Positions 52,701 through 64,000 of a stretch of 64,000 bases of DNA are shown here, piece by piece. The translations under genes and the position numbers were made by a program. Each line of letters opens with the position of its first letter. Position 1 is the first letter of the stretch. Origin of the DNA: Octopus vulgaris (lineage: Eukaryota); the NCBI GenBank assembly GCA_951406725.2, contig OX597814.1, positions 150,288,001 through 150,352,000 on the forward strand, written 5' to 3'. A model generated the notes under the pieces. The model was not told where the DNA came from, made no database searches, and saw only the letters and a list, made by a program, of their open reading frames with translations.

Positions 52701-53810
52701 AATAGGATTATTTTGGAATCAACACCAACAATTTACTTGTATTTACTTTTATCGAAGTTGGGAAAACGGAAGCTATTTAAACCTTGATAAGGACACTGAG
52801 AGATGGAAATAAACATTATAAAACACACGAGTACCAATTTCTAAATTCCAGTAGGGTCAGTGAGTTTCAGCAAGAATCTTATTTTAAAAAATCATTCACA
52901 GGCCCACAACAGATACTGACATAAATACTAATAATAATCGTTTTAAAAATTGCCACAAGACCATGGACTTATGCAAGAGTGGAAATGCGACATGATGAGA
53001 TGGTGTTTTTTTTTGTCATTTTCTAAAGGAATTTCTCTTCTTATTTCAGTCGTTAGACTGCGGCAATGCTGGGGCAACATCTTAAAGAATTTTAGTCAGA
53101 CGAATCGACCCCAGTACTTGTTATTTTTTGTTAAAGCCTGGTACTTATTCTATTGATTTCTTTTGCCGAACTACTAAATTAGGGGACGTAAACACACTAA
53201 CACTGGTTGTCAAGCGGTGGTGGGGGAAAATCAGACATAAGGGGACACACAGACACATTTATATACGACGGGCTTTCAGTCTACCAAATCCACTCACAAG
53301 GTTTTCGTCAGCCCGAAGCTATAGTAGAAGACTCTTGACTAAGGTATCACGCAGTGGGACTGAACCCGAAACTATGTGGCTGGCAAGCAGAATTGCTACC
53401 ATACAGCCACGCGAGCGCATATAACAATTCAAATTATTAACAATTTTATCGAGTCTCGAGTACCGGGTCCTTTGGTTCACTTGAAGCCATATTCATAGCA
53501 AGCATATTTTTCAGCATCAAACATTTGTTTCTGTTGTTAAACGTCGTGGGCTAAAATCAGACAGTTTTGTCCGATCTAATGTACTGTATTCTTTGCAAAC
53601 TATGAGATGTGACTTATTTAGGCGAGGTAGCTCGTAACTTTGCTGATATTTTCTAGGATCATCTTGTTGACTGTAATAATGCCTTTACTTTTCGCAAATT
53701 CGCAACCCGATATTTTAACTTACTCCGCTGAGCATCTTTCAGTGTGTGTTGTTCTCTTATACTATGACTCAAATGAGTATTACAAGTAAGCATGAATGTG
53801 CATATTCCGA

Positions 53811-53852
<42 letters not shown>

Positions 53853-53902
53853 TATACATACATATATACATACACACACACACACACACATATATGTACA
53901 CC

Positions 53903-53940
<38 letters not shown>

Positions 53941-53949
53941 TAGATATAT

Positions 53950-54563
53950 ATGATTGATTGATTGATTGATTGATTCTAGTTTCAGCTTATGAGCTGTGGC
54001 TATGCTGGGGCACCGCCATTTGGTGTTGCTACTTGGTTTCACTTCATGGAGGCTTTCTAGCAACTGCTATTTGGTGCATGAGAGAGTTCGATGCAGCTGC
54101 CCTCATCTGCCCCTCCTGCCGTGAAGTTGGTTCATCTGGGACACCTGACAGGAAGAGATCCAGCTCCATTTTAAAGACATCTGTATCCACCCCATGCAGG
54201 TCTCTCAGGTTCTTCGGGAGGATATTGAAGAGCTGTGGGCCTCGGAAGCCCAGGCTATCACAGAATCTTGTCCTACATCTTGATGGCAAGTTTGGAGTCC
54301 TAGGCACCACGCAGTGGCGCCCAGTTCTGGCATTTGCGTAACTCTCGATGCCAAAGTTCAGGACACTTCCCTCCAGGATCTTCCAGATGTATATTATGGT
54401 ATATCTTTCCCGCCTACGCTCCAGGGAATATAATTTTAATCTCTTGAGTCTTTCCCAGTAGCTTACATTCTGCATAGAGGCTATCTTCTTCGTGTAGCTT
54501 CGTTGGATCGCCTCAAGTTCTGTGATCAACTTGACACTGGATGGTGACCATAGCTGAGAGCAA
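53950..54563 (-). pseudogene. 3' end of a CR1-like LINE (ORF2 C-terminus, 3' UTR and (ATCA)n tail); a related fragment lies at ~22600-22935
   Basis: YCSQLWSP...[12 protein letters not shown]...[21 protein letters not shown]...[11 protein letters not shown]...FKMELDLFL. Confidence 0.85.
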
Positions 54564-54692
54564 TATACATATGCATATATATATATATGTATATACATAC
54601 ATATATATATACATGCATATATATACACGCATATATATATACATACATATATATATATATACATATATACATATATATATAAATATAAATAA

Positions 54693-54759
<67 letters not shown>

Positions 54760-54761
<2 letters not shown>

Positions 54762-55138
54762 ACATTTAGAGGAATGACCACTAATTGTATTTCGTAAACC
54801 ACAGACTACGCTGATGATCTTGCAGATGTTTTACGTATCCATATACGTAAATATTAACAAGTGAAACTAATTAGTACGTAGGTAATGGTTTTTTTATTTC
54901 CGTATATTTTCATTTGTCTTATTTTTAAACTTTGGTTTTTGCTGAATTTTTTTTGAGAACACATTCCTCGTGGTAAACGGCGAGTTTGACGTCTATATCT
55001 AGCATACAGGCTGTTCACTATTAGTGGTCATTCTTCTAAATTTTGTATGTATAAAATTTTTAATCTTCGGATTTTTAAAATAATATGCTAGGCCACTGGT
55101 TTTAATTGATTAATATCAATTTCTACCCTTATTTAATT

Positions 55139-55140
<2 letters not shown>
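54760..55140 (+). mobile_element. Hammerhead-containing element in (TA)n with short inverted arms (54760-54785 and 55020-55045) and a right-side tail
   Basis: CAACATTTAGAGGAATGACCACTAAT pairs with ATTAGTGGTCATTCTTCTAAATTTTG. It contains the HHR at 54806-54881. Confidence 0.7.
54806..54881 (+). ncRNA. Type I hammerhead ribozyme, canonical core, long stem II
   Basis: CTACG-CTGATGA-TCTTG...(TTTACGTAT/CCAT/ATACGTAAA)...CAAGT-GAAA-CTAATTAG-TA-CGTAG. Confidence 0.85.
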
Positions 55141-55225
<85 letters not shown>

Positions 55226-55252
55226 TTTATTTAAAAGCACCAGAAATTCAAC

Positions 55253-55300
55253 AAAAACTGTTACTCGGAGTTTCACGTTCCCGTTCGCCGGACAGTTTTT
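55253..55300 (-). ncRNA. Hammerhead-like motif with a mutated core
   Basis: Reverse complement is AAAAACTGT-CCGGCGA-ACG/GGAA/CGT-GAAA-CTCCGAG-TA-ACAGTTTTT, with a 9-bp stem I. Confidence 0.65.
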
Positions 55301-55941
55301 CTTTTTTTCTTTTTTCTTCTTTTTTTACACATGCTGTTGTATTTACTTTTTGTATTCTTTTATTATTTTTTTATATTAGTATTTATATATTTTATTTTCT
55401 ATTTTCTATTTTCTGTTTTCATTTTTTATTTGTATACCTGTAAAAAAAGATCTTTTGCTAAAGCAACGTTCTAAACCAGAGAATTTCAATTTAAAAACAG
55501 CTATTGAAAAGCTCGAAACTCATTAGAGTAACTGTAAACACGGTAAAAAAAGAAGAAAAAAGAAAAAAGGAAACGAAAAAGGTGGAAAAGAAGGAAAAGA
55601 ACACGAAGAAAGGCAAGAGGAAGGAAAGAGGAAGGTAAAGAGTAAGAGGAAGAAGACAAAAGGTAGTTGAAAATCGTAGAGAGAAGACATTAGTCTATCA
55701 GGAATAAAAAATAATTTAGGAGTGGTCAAAAATGTTGAATTCTTGTCAAAAGATGACCTTTGTGAATCCTTCGATCTGAGGTCACCTTATTTATCTTACA
55801 CACACACACACACGCGCGCACACACATACGGGTGTATATATATGTGCGAGTATGTGTGTAGATATGTGTATATATATATGTATGCATATGTACATATGTG
55901 TATACATATGTGCGTGTATGTGTGTGAGTGCATATATATAT

Positions 55942-56109
55942 ATAGGCGCAGGAGTGGCTGTGTGGTAAGTAGCTTGCTAACCAACCACATGGTTCCGGGT
56001 TCAGTCCCACTGCGTGGCATCTTGGGCAAGTGTCTTCTGCTATAGCCCCGGGCCGACCAATGCCTTGCGAGTGGATTTGGTAGACGGAAACTGAAAGAAG
56101 CCTGTCGTA

Positions 56110-56182
<73 letters not shown>

Positions 56183-56400
56183 TTGTGTGTCTGTGTTTGT
56201 CCCCTAGCATCGCTTGACAACCGATGCTGGTGTGTTTACGTCCCCATCACTTAGCGGTTCGGCAAAAAAGAGACCGATAGAATAAGTACTGGGCTTACAA
56301 AGAATAAGTCCCGGGGTCGAGTTGCTCGATTAAAGGCGGTGCTCCAGCATGGCCGCAGTCAAATGACTGAAACAAGTAATAGAGAAAAAGAGCAAAAGAG
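55942..56400 (+). mobile_element. tRNA/CORE-like SINE (family A) with an internal (TA)n tract and a LINE-like 3' tail
   Basis: The head is GGCGCAGGAGTGGCTGTGTGGTAAG...GGTTCAGTCCC...CTTGGGCAAGTG and the tail is GGCGGTGCTCCAGCATGGCCGCAGTCAAATGACTGAAACAAGTAA. Confidence 0.85.
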
Positions 56401-56489
56401 AATATATGTGTATGCGCATGTACATAGGTACACATGGAGACATGTATGTATGTGAATGTGTGTGTATGTGAGTGTATGTGTAGATGTAT

Positions 56490-56680
56490 GTGTATGTACG
56501 TGTGTACGTAGATGCAAGTGTGTGTGTGTGAATGTATGTATACCCGCATGTATGGATGTGTGAATGTATACCCGCATGTATGGATGTGTGATGTATGTAT
56601 ACCCGCATGTATGGATGTGTAGATGCAAGTGTGTGTGTGTGGATGTATGTATACCCGCATGTATGGATGTATGTATGTGT
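56490..56680. repeat. Minisatellite built on ATGTATACCCGCATGTATGGATGT (four cores)
   Basis: The repeated core is directly visible. Confidence 0.8.
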
Positions 56681-57174
56681 TTGGGTGTATGTGTGTATGT
56701 ATGTATATATGTGATTAGGTAGAGACACACCGTGCCAGCCGTGAAGGATGAATTAGGTGACCTCAGATCGAATGATTCCCAAATGTCATCTTTTGAAAGA
56801 ACTCAATGGAAAAAAGAAACCAACAGAAGAAAAAGCTAATGAAATCCAGCCACTAAAAGAATCGATGAAATCTATTAAAACAACAGTTACAGAGACTGAA
56901 ACTCATCTGCCTCCCAAAGGAGACAATGAGTGGAATACTGTGACCAGGAAAGAAAAAAGCAGAAAGAGTAAGAGTTCCTACCCCATTCCCTCTGACACCA
57001 ACGTACCCATCACTACAAACAATATGCTCACCACTACAAACATTTTTATACTCATTCATCATCGTTTTTTAATTACATGTATCTTCATGATGTTGTTTCA
57101 TTCTTTCCCCGACCCCTTGTGTGTCCTTCTTTCGTCCACTCTGTATCTTAACCGTAATGGTTAATAAGGAAAAG

Positions 57175-57220
57175 AGTTTGAAAATGGCCATTGAAAAGCT
57201 CGAAACTCATTAGAGTAACT
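57175..57220 (+). ncRNA. Hammerhead-like motif (U3-A8 variant); a more degenerate direct-repeat copy lies at 55488-55533
   Basis: AGT-TTGAAAA-TGGC/loop/GCTC-GAAA-CTC/ATTA/GAG-TA-ACT. The two sites share ATTGAAAAGCTCGAAACTCATTAGAGTAACTGTAAACA. Confidence 0.65.
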
Positions 57221-57325
57221 GTAAACATTACCATTAAAATTAAAATTATCCCCACTAAAATCCATCTCTACTCATTGTTTCAAACATAATATACTGTACC
57301 AAGAAATTTTTTTGTTATTCTACTG

Positions 57326-57404
<79 letters not shown>

Positions 57405-57459
57405 TAAATATTTGTTGTGCAAGATTGGCTAAACTGGCAATATGACCATTCCGAAATAT

Positions 57460-57495
<36 letters not shown>

Positions 57496-57724
57496 AGCAA
57501 AGAGACCGTGTTTCTTTATATATTGGTATTAACAAATGCGCGCGCCAATGTATCCGTGAATGAAGTTATTTATTTTCAAATGGTCTGTATTACAGGCCAA
57601 TATTCAAGTACTTCTACCTCAGAATAACTTGGATGCAGCAAAACCAGTAATACTCTTTCTGTCTTCCTCACTCTGAATGGGAGAGAGAGAGAGTTTGGAA
57701 ATATTCATAAAACTAATCATATTT

Positions 57725-58040
57725 GACCTTAAATAGGCATTTCTTCGTCGTTATTGTAATCATCGTCGTCGTTCTCACCATCACCACAATCTTTCGCCAC
57801 TTGGAAGGCTGTTTGATACAGACTCAAGGAAACAAAAGACGTCATAACTCTTTGAGGATATTTATGACTTTTAGACCAGGTGTTTTTCTACAGAATCTAA
57901 TTACGTTTCTTCCAGTATATTTATATATACAGCAATATAAATGTAGTATGGTAGAAGGTTTTAAAAAAATAATAGAAATCTCATTATATCTTATGCATTT
58001 CTTGCTAGCCAATTTTTAAACTTGTTCTCAATTTCCTGCA
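57725..58040. repeat. Dispersed ~310-bp direct repeat, second copy at ~63497-63811
   Basis: AAATAGGCATTTCTTCGTCGTTATTGTA...CTTGTTCTCAATTTCCTGCA is present at both sites. Confidence 0.85.
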
Positions 58041-58891
58041 TATCTTATGGAATTTGAACTTTTCGAGTAATTGCAGGAATTCTACTAATAACAAACTTTA
58101 GCCATTCCTGATTTCTTTGCTTAGAACTATTTAACTCTTAACATATATCTACAGATTTTTTATTATAAAATTTAGAGCTAGCACTAGAATTTAAAACGTT
58201 TCGAATGCAAATGCGTCTATTTAAATAATGCGATCGAATATAGAAAAATAGTTAAGAGATATATATGCATATTTCGGAAGTATTTGCTCCCTTTTCACTA
58301 TCCACGTTAACTATCCACGAACACATTACTTAAATAAATAACCGCTCATTTTAGTGGTTATTTTAGTAGTTATTTTAGTGCTGAAGGAGCAATAACTCCT
58401 GGAATGTGCATATACACCCATTATCTACTTTTCTATCTTTGATCGCATTGCTTACATGAGCGTATTTGTATACGAAACGTTTTGACTTTCAGTGCTGGCT
58501 CTAGGTTCTGTAGAAAATATGTAGAGATAAACTTAAAAATGAAAGCATTGTACTCTGACACAAAAATAGGACGCAGTGTTGACTTATAAACCTTTTATAT
58601 ACTTGGTAGTATATTGTGGTTGCAAAACGATATACAGTTTTGCTACTGTTAATTAATAGAATTATTTAAAGACAGACTACAAAAGAAATATTATATTTTA
58701 TTCTCTAGACTTAATTGACAATAATTAAAATGTGGTATTGCGAAACATAGTGATACAACAGAATGATACAAGACTGTACCGACATGATTTGAAAATCAAA
58801 TATTAGAATGTTATAAACCAGCTTCCCTCTCAATCATATGAAATCAAGTTTAAGACATACTCGAGTACGACCAAAATACGGGTGCTCCTTT

Positions 58892-59449
58892 GGCGTGTGA
58901 TCTACAAGGGAGATTACTTTAGGTTACTTTTTAGTTTACTTTCCAATTTCTAAAATCTCATTATATGTTAACTAAAGATTTTTGCAATGTGATCATCAAC
59001 GAGACGAAGGCATTTTAACAAAAAACCAAAAGGCAGTTGCGTTTTTACAAGAAACCAGCACTAAATTCACATCATTTCTTAAGGAAAAGAAACGTGCTAC
59101 TTTGCTGACTGACCTACAATTTAAACAGAGATCACTNNNNNNNNNNNNNNNNNNNNNNNNNNNNNNNNNNNNNNNNNNNNNNNNNNNNNNNNNNNNNNNN
59201 NNNNNNNNNNNNNNNNNNNNNNNNNNNNNNNNNNNNTTAGGTTATTTTTTAGTTTACTTTGCGTTAGTGCTACTTTCCGTGTGATCTACGTGAGCAAATT
59301 TACTTTGGTGAGTGATTCACGCGCTTATTTTAATTATTAACTGGTTTTCTTATTATTAAAACAGTAAGAATTTAAAAGAAAATACATTTAGCATGTACAA
59401 AATAATTCTAAAAGTAACCTAAAGTAATCTCCCTTGTAGATAACACGCC
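58892..59449. mobile_element. MITE-like inverted repeat spanning the assembly gap
   Basis: GGCGTGTGATCTACAAGGGAGATTACTTTAGGTTACTTTT pairs with AAAAGTAACCTAAAGTAATCTCCCTTGTAGATAACACGCC. Confidence 0.6.
59137..59236. other. Assembly gap (100 N)
   Basis: Run of N. Confidence 1.
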
Positions 59450-60344
59450 GAAATATGCATGGTCAACTATATACATGATATCAGCTATTGCAGTTAATCA
59501 GTGTTAACTATTGCAGTTAATCAGTGTTAATTGCAGTTAATCAGTGTTAACTTACTTTGATATTACCTTGTCTAAAATGCTTCGAATAATATGGTGGCTA
59601 TATTGATAAAAACTAGAATCATACAGGTCTATGTATACCTCAGTACACTGTCAAAAGTATTATTAAATTCTATACTGAATGACTGATTCCCGTTCCGTTC
59701 ACTTTGTTTCACAGATTTCTGCCGAAATACCCCGACACCCTCTCACAAGGACATTCATAATTACTCCCTATATCTGTACATTACTTCTTCTATTCATACC
59801 TTCTTCTTTTGGAGTCAAAGAAGAAGGCTGCAATCTAGCAAATAATGAAGAGAAAAACATCCTTTTTCTTTCTCACGATTTGTCGAAAGAAAAATAATCC
59901 GAAACTTCAGATGCTTCGCTGCTAAAAAAAAAAAGTCAAGCTTATCCAACTCTTCTGAACTCTCCTACGCTGGCTGTCATATTCCTGTGATAGATATTAC
60001 CAGTTTTTTTCTGATACCGGATTTTACTCTACTCTTTCAAAATTTTCAGTGTCATTACAGTTAACCTTCGCAAAATCTAAGATTGCTCTTACGGAGTCTT
60101 GAAAACTACTCTTCACACACACACGCACACACACGCAGACATACACACACACAGATATACACACGCAAACACACACACGCGCACACGCACGCGTGCACAT
60201 GCGTACACGTATTGCTTTGTCCATTATCACGGGCAATGCAGGATACTATTAGCTGTATATAGTTAAAAAAAAAAACACACACACACATAATTATGTATGT
60301 ATTCTATCTTTTTGTCTCTCTATCTTTATATATTGTTTTATTCT

Positions 60345-61164
60345 TTTATTTGATTCAGTCAATTGACTGCGGTCATGCTGGACAAATCGACCCCAGAACT
60401 TATTCTTTGTAACCCAAGCACTTATTCTATCGGTGTCTTTACCGAACCGCTAAGTTACGGTGACGTAAACACACCAGCATCGGTTGTCAAGCGACGGTGG
60501 GGATGCAAACACAGACACACAAATACATACATACATACATACATACATACATACATACATAATACATACATGCATACATAAATATATATATATATCAATA
60601 AATGGTGGGGTTGTGTTGACCGCACGTAGAGAAATGATAAGAGAGGAAAAATTATAAGAAGGCAGAATGCTAAATTGAAAGTAAATTTTAATAAAAATGG
60701 GTGTATGGAAAATTAAAAAAAGAAAAAATAATAAATCAAACCGGTTTTCATTGCAAAGCAAATTATCAAGATTTGGAAGGCTAAAAGAAATATTTTTTGA
60801 AATTGCTTAGTTTAAGCACCACTTTTAAATCACATGGATCTTATTCCTCCAAAGTAAGTTTTCCAAGGACTATTATTGAACTCTAAAAGTATAAAGACCC
60901 TACAATGTATCGGTTTACTTATTTATTAATTTTTGTATATGTTTATTATTATTATGTTTTTGAAAAAAAAACATTGTAAATTTCTTTTTTCCCTTTCCTC
61001 AGTTTAAAAAAACATTTTTCCCCTTCCAAATCTTGATAATTTGCTTTGCGATGAAAACCGATTTGATTTATTATTTTTTTCTTTTTAATTTTCCATACAC
61101 CCATTTTTATTAACATTTAATTTAATTTCAATTTATATTTCTGCCATCTTATAATTTTTCCTCT

Positions 61165-61201
<37 letters not shown>

Positions 61202-61360
61202 GACAGTCTTCTGTCAGTTTCAGTCTACCAAATCCACTCACAAGGCTTTGGTCGACCCGAGGTTATAGTAGAAGACACCTGCTCAAGGTGCCACGCAGTG
61301 GGACTGAACCCGGAACCATGTGTTTGGTAAGCAGGCCACTTACCACACATCCACGCCTGC
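60345..61360 (-). mobile_element. SINE family A copy split by the PLE-related insertion in its internal microsatellite
   Basis: The tail half is at ~60345-60520 and the head half at ~61201-61360, in the same orientation. Confidence 0.75.
60594..61165. mobile_element. Non-autonomous PLE-related element: tail 60594-60640, inverted arms 60641-60780 and 61022-61165, each with a hammerhead-like motif (60733-60774 -, 61028-61069 +)
   Basis: The tail is nearly identical to 371-416. The motif is AAATC-TTGATAA-TTTGC/TTT/GCAAT-GAAA-ACCGGT-TT-GATTT. It sits in the (TA)n tract of a SINE. Confidence 0.85.
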
Positions 61361-62979
61361 ACCTCTCTCTATATATATACACATCTTATGTATTACTCAT
61401 ACACACAGTGCGCAAGTACGCACACACACACACATACACATACACACACATACACATACACACATATCCATTTAGAAAGTTCGAAATAGCTTATTATTCA
61501 ATCAAGCCACAAAATTGATCAGAATAAGAAAATATCTATTAAAGCCTACTTTTGATACGCATTCCGCAGCAGAATCCATATCAAAATCAGAGTACTTATT
61601 CAGCTTCTTCAGAATGAGTGGGATTATTCTAACAATGTCTCTAGTCATTCTTAGATCTGGTATTATATTTGGACAATACATCGCTCATGAGATCTAATAA
61701 CACCGAACATGTGTAGTTGTCACCGTACGGCCAAATATCAATCTTCCTCTCTTCAGCTTTTCATATTTAATTAAGTTTATTAATTTAACTTGCCTTTCAT
61801 TCTGTACTTGATTACAATCAGTCATTAAAGAAATAATTTTCCTTTCTCGTCTCTTACTATGGGTCTAATTTAAATGAATAAACATTTCTTGACTCACTAC
61901 ATCAAGTATGTTGGTACCTAATTTTCTATACAATACAGTAGAGTATGTTTCACTCGTTCCAGTCCTTGGACTACGGCTATACTGGGGCATGTTGAGTGGT
62001 AAATATATTTTACGGTCGACAAATCAAGGTGACGATAATAATCTCATTTAAATAGGGAAAATTCGTGATCTTTTCACTTAGACCGGCAGATTTAAAAAAT
62101 TATTTTTGTAACTAAACACTTTTAAACTTTGTATACTAGTAGAATGTGTCACATAAATCATTTTTTCTCTTGGCCTTCTTGAGAAAATTCTGTAGTTTGT
62201 AAGCTATTTGTTGTTAAATTTCTCGTATTTCGGCAATTTCAACCAATCAATGACGTCTATTGAGGTGAGTACAATTACTGCTGTTGTTTGTCAACAACAA
62301 CTTCCGGCGGTGTATATTTCGGTTGTCACTCTTATTTATAAGCCAGATATTCTTATTCTGGGCGCATCCACGCAGTTGTTTGACCGGCTAGACATAATAG
62401 CTACATTTCCCTAAATTGCAAGCTACTCTCTTAGTAAAGGAAGCGTATATTGAAAAATATAATCTCTCGTATACCAAACGATAAGTTTGTTACGGCTGAA
62501 AGATTTTTAAACCAAAGGTCTGTATGTTGGAAACTGATCAGGAGTTAAACAATAACAACAAAAACGACGGCGAAGATGACGATAATGACATTAATTGTAG
62601 TAGCAGTAACAACAGAACAGACCTCATGTAGATGTCAGTATTAACATATTGGTTTTAGATTTTGCGCAAGCACAACAATTTTTTGGGAGTGGATAAGTCG
62701 ATTACATCGACCTCAGTACTCAACTGGTACTTATTTTGTCGAAATAAAAAGAATGAAAGGCAAAGTCGACCTCGGCGGAATTTGAACTCAGAACGTAGTA
62801 AAGACGGATGAAATACTGCTAAGTTGTTCGACTAAACGATTCTGCAAGTAACGATTCTATAAGTTCGTCGCCTTAGTTAGTATTATTAATACATTAAAAA
62901 ATAAACAACAAAAAACAAGGAAAATGAAGCAGCTAAGTTGAAAAACTGTGTAGTGAAGAAAAACAATATTACTAAATAT

Positions 62980-63368
62980 AGGCGCAGGAGTGACTGTTTG
63001 GTAAGTAGCTTGCTTAAGAACCACATGGTTCCGGGTTCACTCCCACTGCGTGGCACCTTGGGTAAGTGTCATCTACTATAGCCTCGAGTCGACCAAAGCC
63101 TTGTGAGTGGATTTGGTAGACTGAAACTGAAAGAAGCTCGTCATATATATGTACATATATATGTATGTGTCTGTGTTTGTCATCGCTTGACAACTGACGC
63201 TGGTGTGTTTACGTATCCGTAACACTAGCGCTTCGGCAAAAGAGACCGATAGAATAAGTAGTAGGCTTCCAAAGAATAAGTCCTGGGAGCGATTTGCTCG
63301 ACTAAAGGCGGTGCTCCAGCATGGCCACAGTCAAATGACTGAAACAAGTAAAAGAGTAAAAGAGTAAA
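62980..63368 (+). mobile_element. SINE family A copy
   Basis: Colinear with 55942-56400. Confidence 0.85.
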
Positions 63369-63956
63369 TGACTGATATAATTTCAATTAACGCTAGGCAA
63401 TTTCGGAGATGTTTCGTTAGTATTACAACCCCATTAGTTGAAGATAGACAGAAACGTACAATTGTTTGGAAATATTCATAAAAATAATCATATTTTACCT
63501 GAAATAGGCATTTCTTCGTCGTTATTGTAGTAAACGTCGTCGCTCTCACCATCAGCACAATCTTTCGTCATTTGGAAGGCTGTTTGATATAGACTCAAGG
63601 AAACAAAAGACGTCATTACACTTTGAGCATATTTATGACTTTCAGACCAGGTGTATTTCTATAGAATTTAATTACGTTTCTTCCAGCATATTTATATATA
63701 CAGCAATATAAATGTAGTATGGCAAAAAGGTTTTTAAAATTAATAGTAATCTCATTATATTTTATACATTTCTTGCTAGCTAATTTTTAAACTTGTTCTC
63801 AATTTCCTGCAAAAGCCATTTTGCTTAACTTGTATCCTTCATTATTTTGGAAAATCTTTGAACGGTACAGTTTATCACCAGGAAATGTGTTGAACTGCAT
63901 AACTTACCCCTCCTGGAAAACAGTATTTTGCTCCGTTAAAGCAAACACACACATTT

Positions 63957-64000
<44 letters not shown>

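Noticed and set aside
56757-57164. 135-aa ORF as a host exon
   Set aside because: It has no recognisable domain and lies between repeat-derived HHR direct repeats, so a retroelement remnant is more likely.
59478-59550. Three copies of TTGCAGTTAATCAGTGTTAA as a CRISPR-like array
   Set aside because: It is a simple tandem repeat with no unique spacers, in a eukaryotic context.

Overview
AT-rich, microsatellite-dense eukaryotic non-genic DNA. The repeat content looks like an octopus or other cephalopod genome (inference). I recognise no host exons, and most short ORFs are translated microsatellites. The main feature is a Penelope-like retroelement (PLE) at 371-7415 with RT, a Cys-rich linker and a C-terminal GIY-YIG endonuclease (probably Neptune-like). 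It forms a ~2.9 kb-arm inverted duplication set in (TA)n. Its spacer encodes a helical ORF1 whose only visible route into the AUG-less RT frame is a U_UUU_UUA -1 slippery site. About a dozen minimal type I hammerhead ribozyme (HHR) motifs lie across the window, both canonical and U3-A8 core variants. Most sit in small non-coding elements inside (TA)n tracts, and seven elements share an inverted-arms-plus-one-sided-tail layout. One ~100 bp HHR cassette is present in only one copy of a local tandem duplication, which points to mobility. Also present: mariner, DD37D/maT and pogo relics, CR1-like, L1/Tx1-like and CRE-like LINE fragments, three tRNA-type SINE families, a non-autonomous Helitron and a 100-N gap. 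All calls were made by eye, and boundaries of degraded repeats are approximate.
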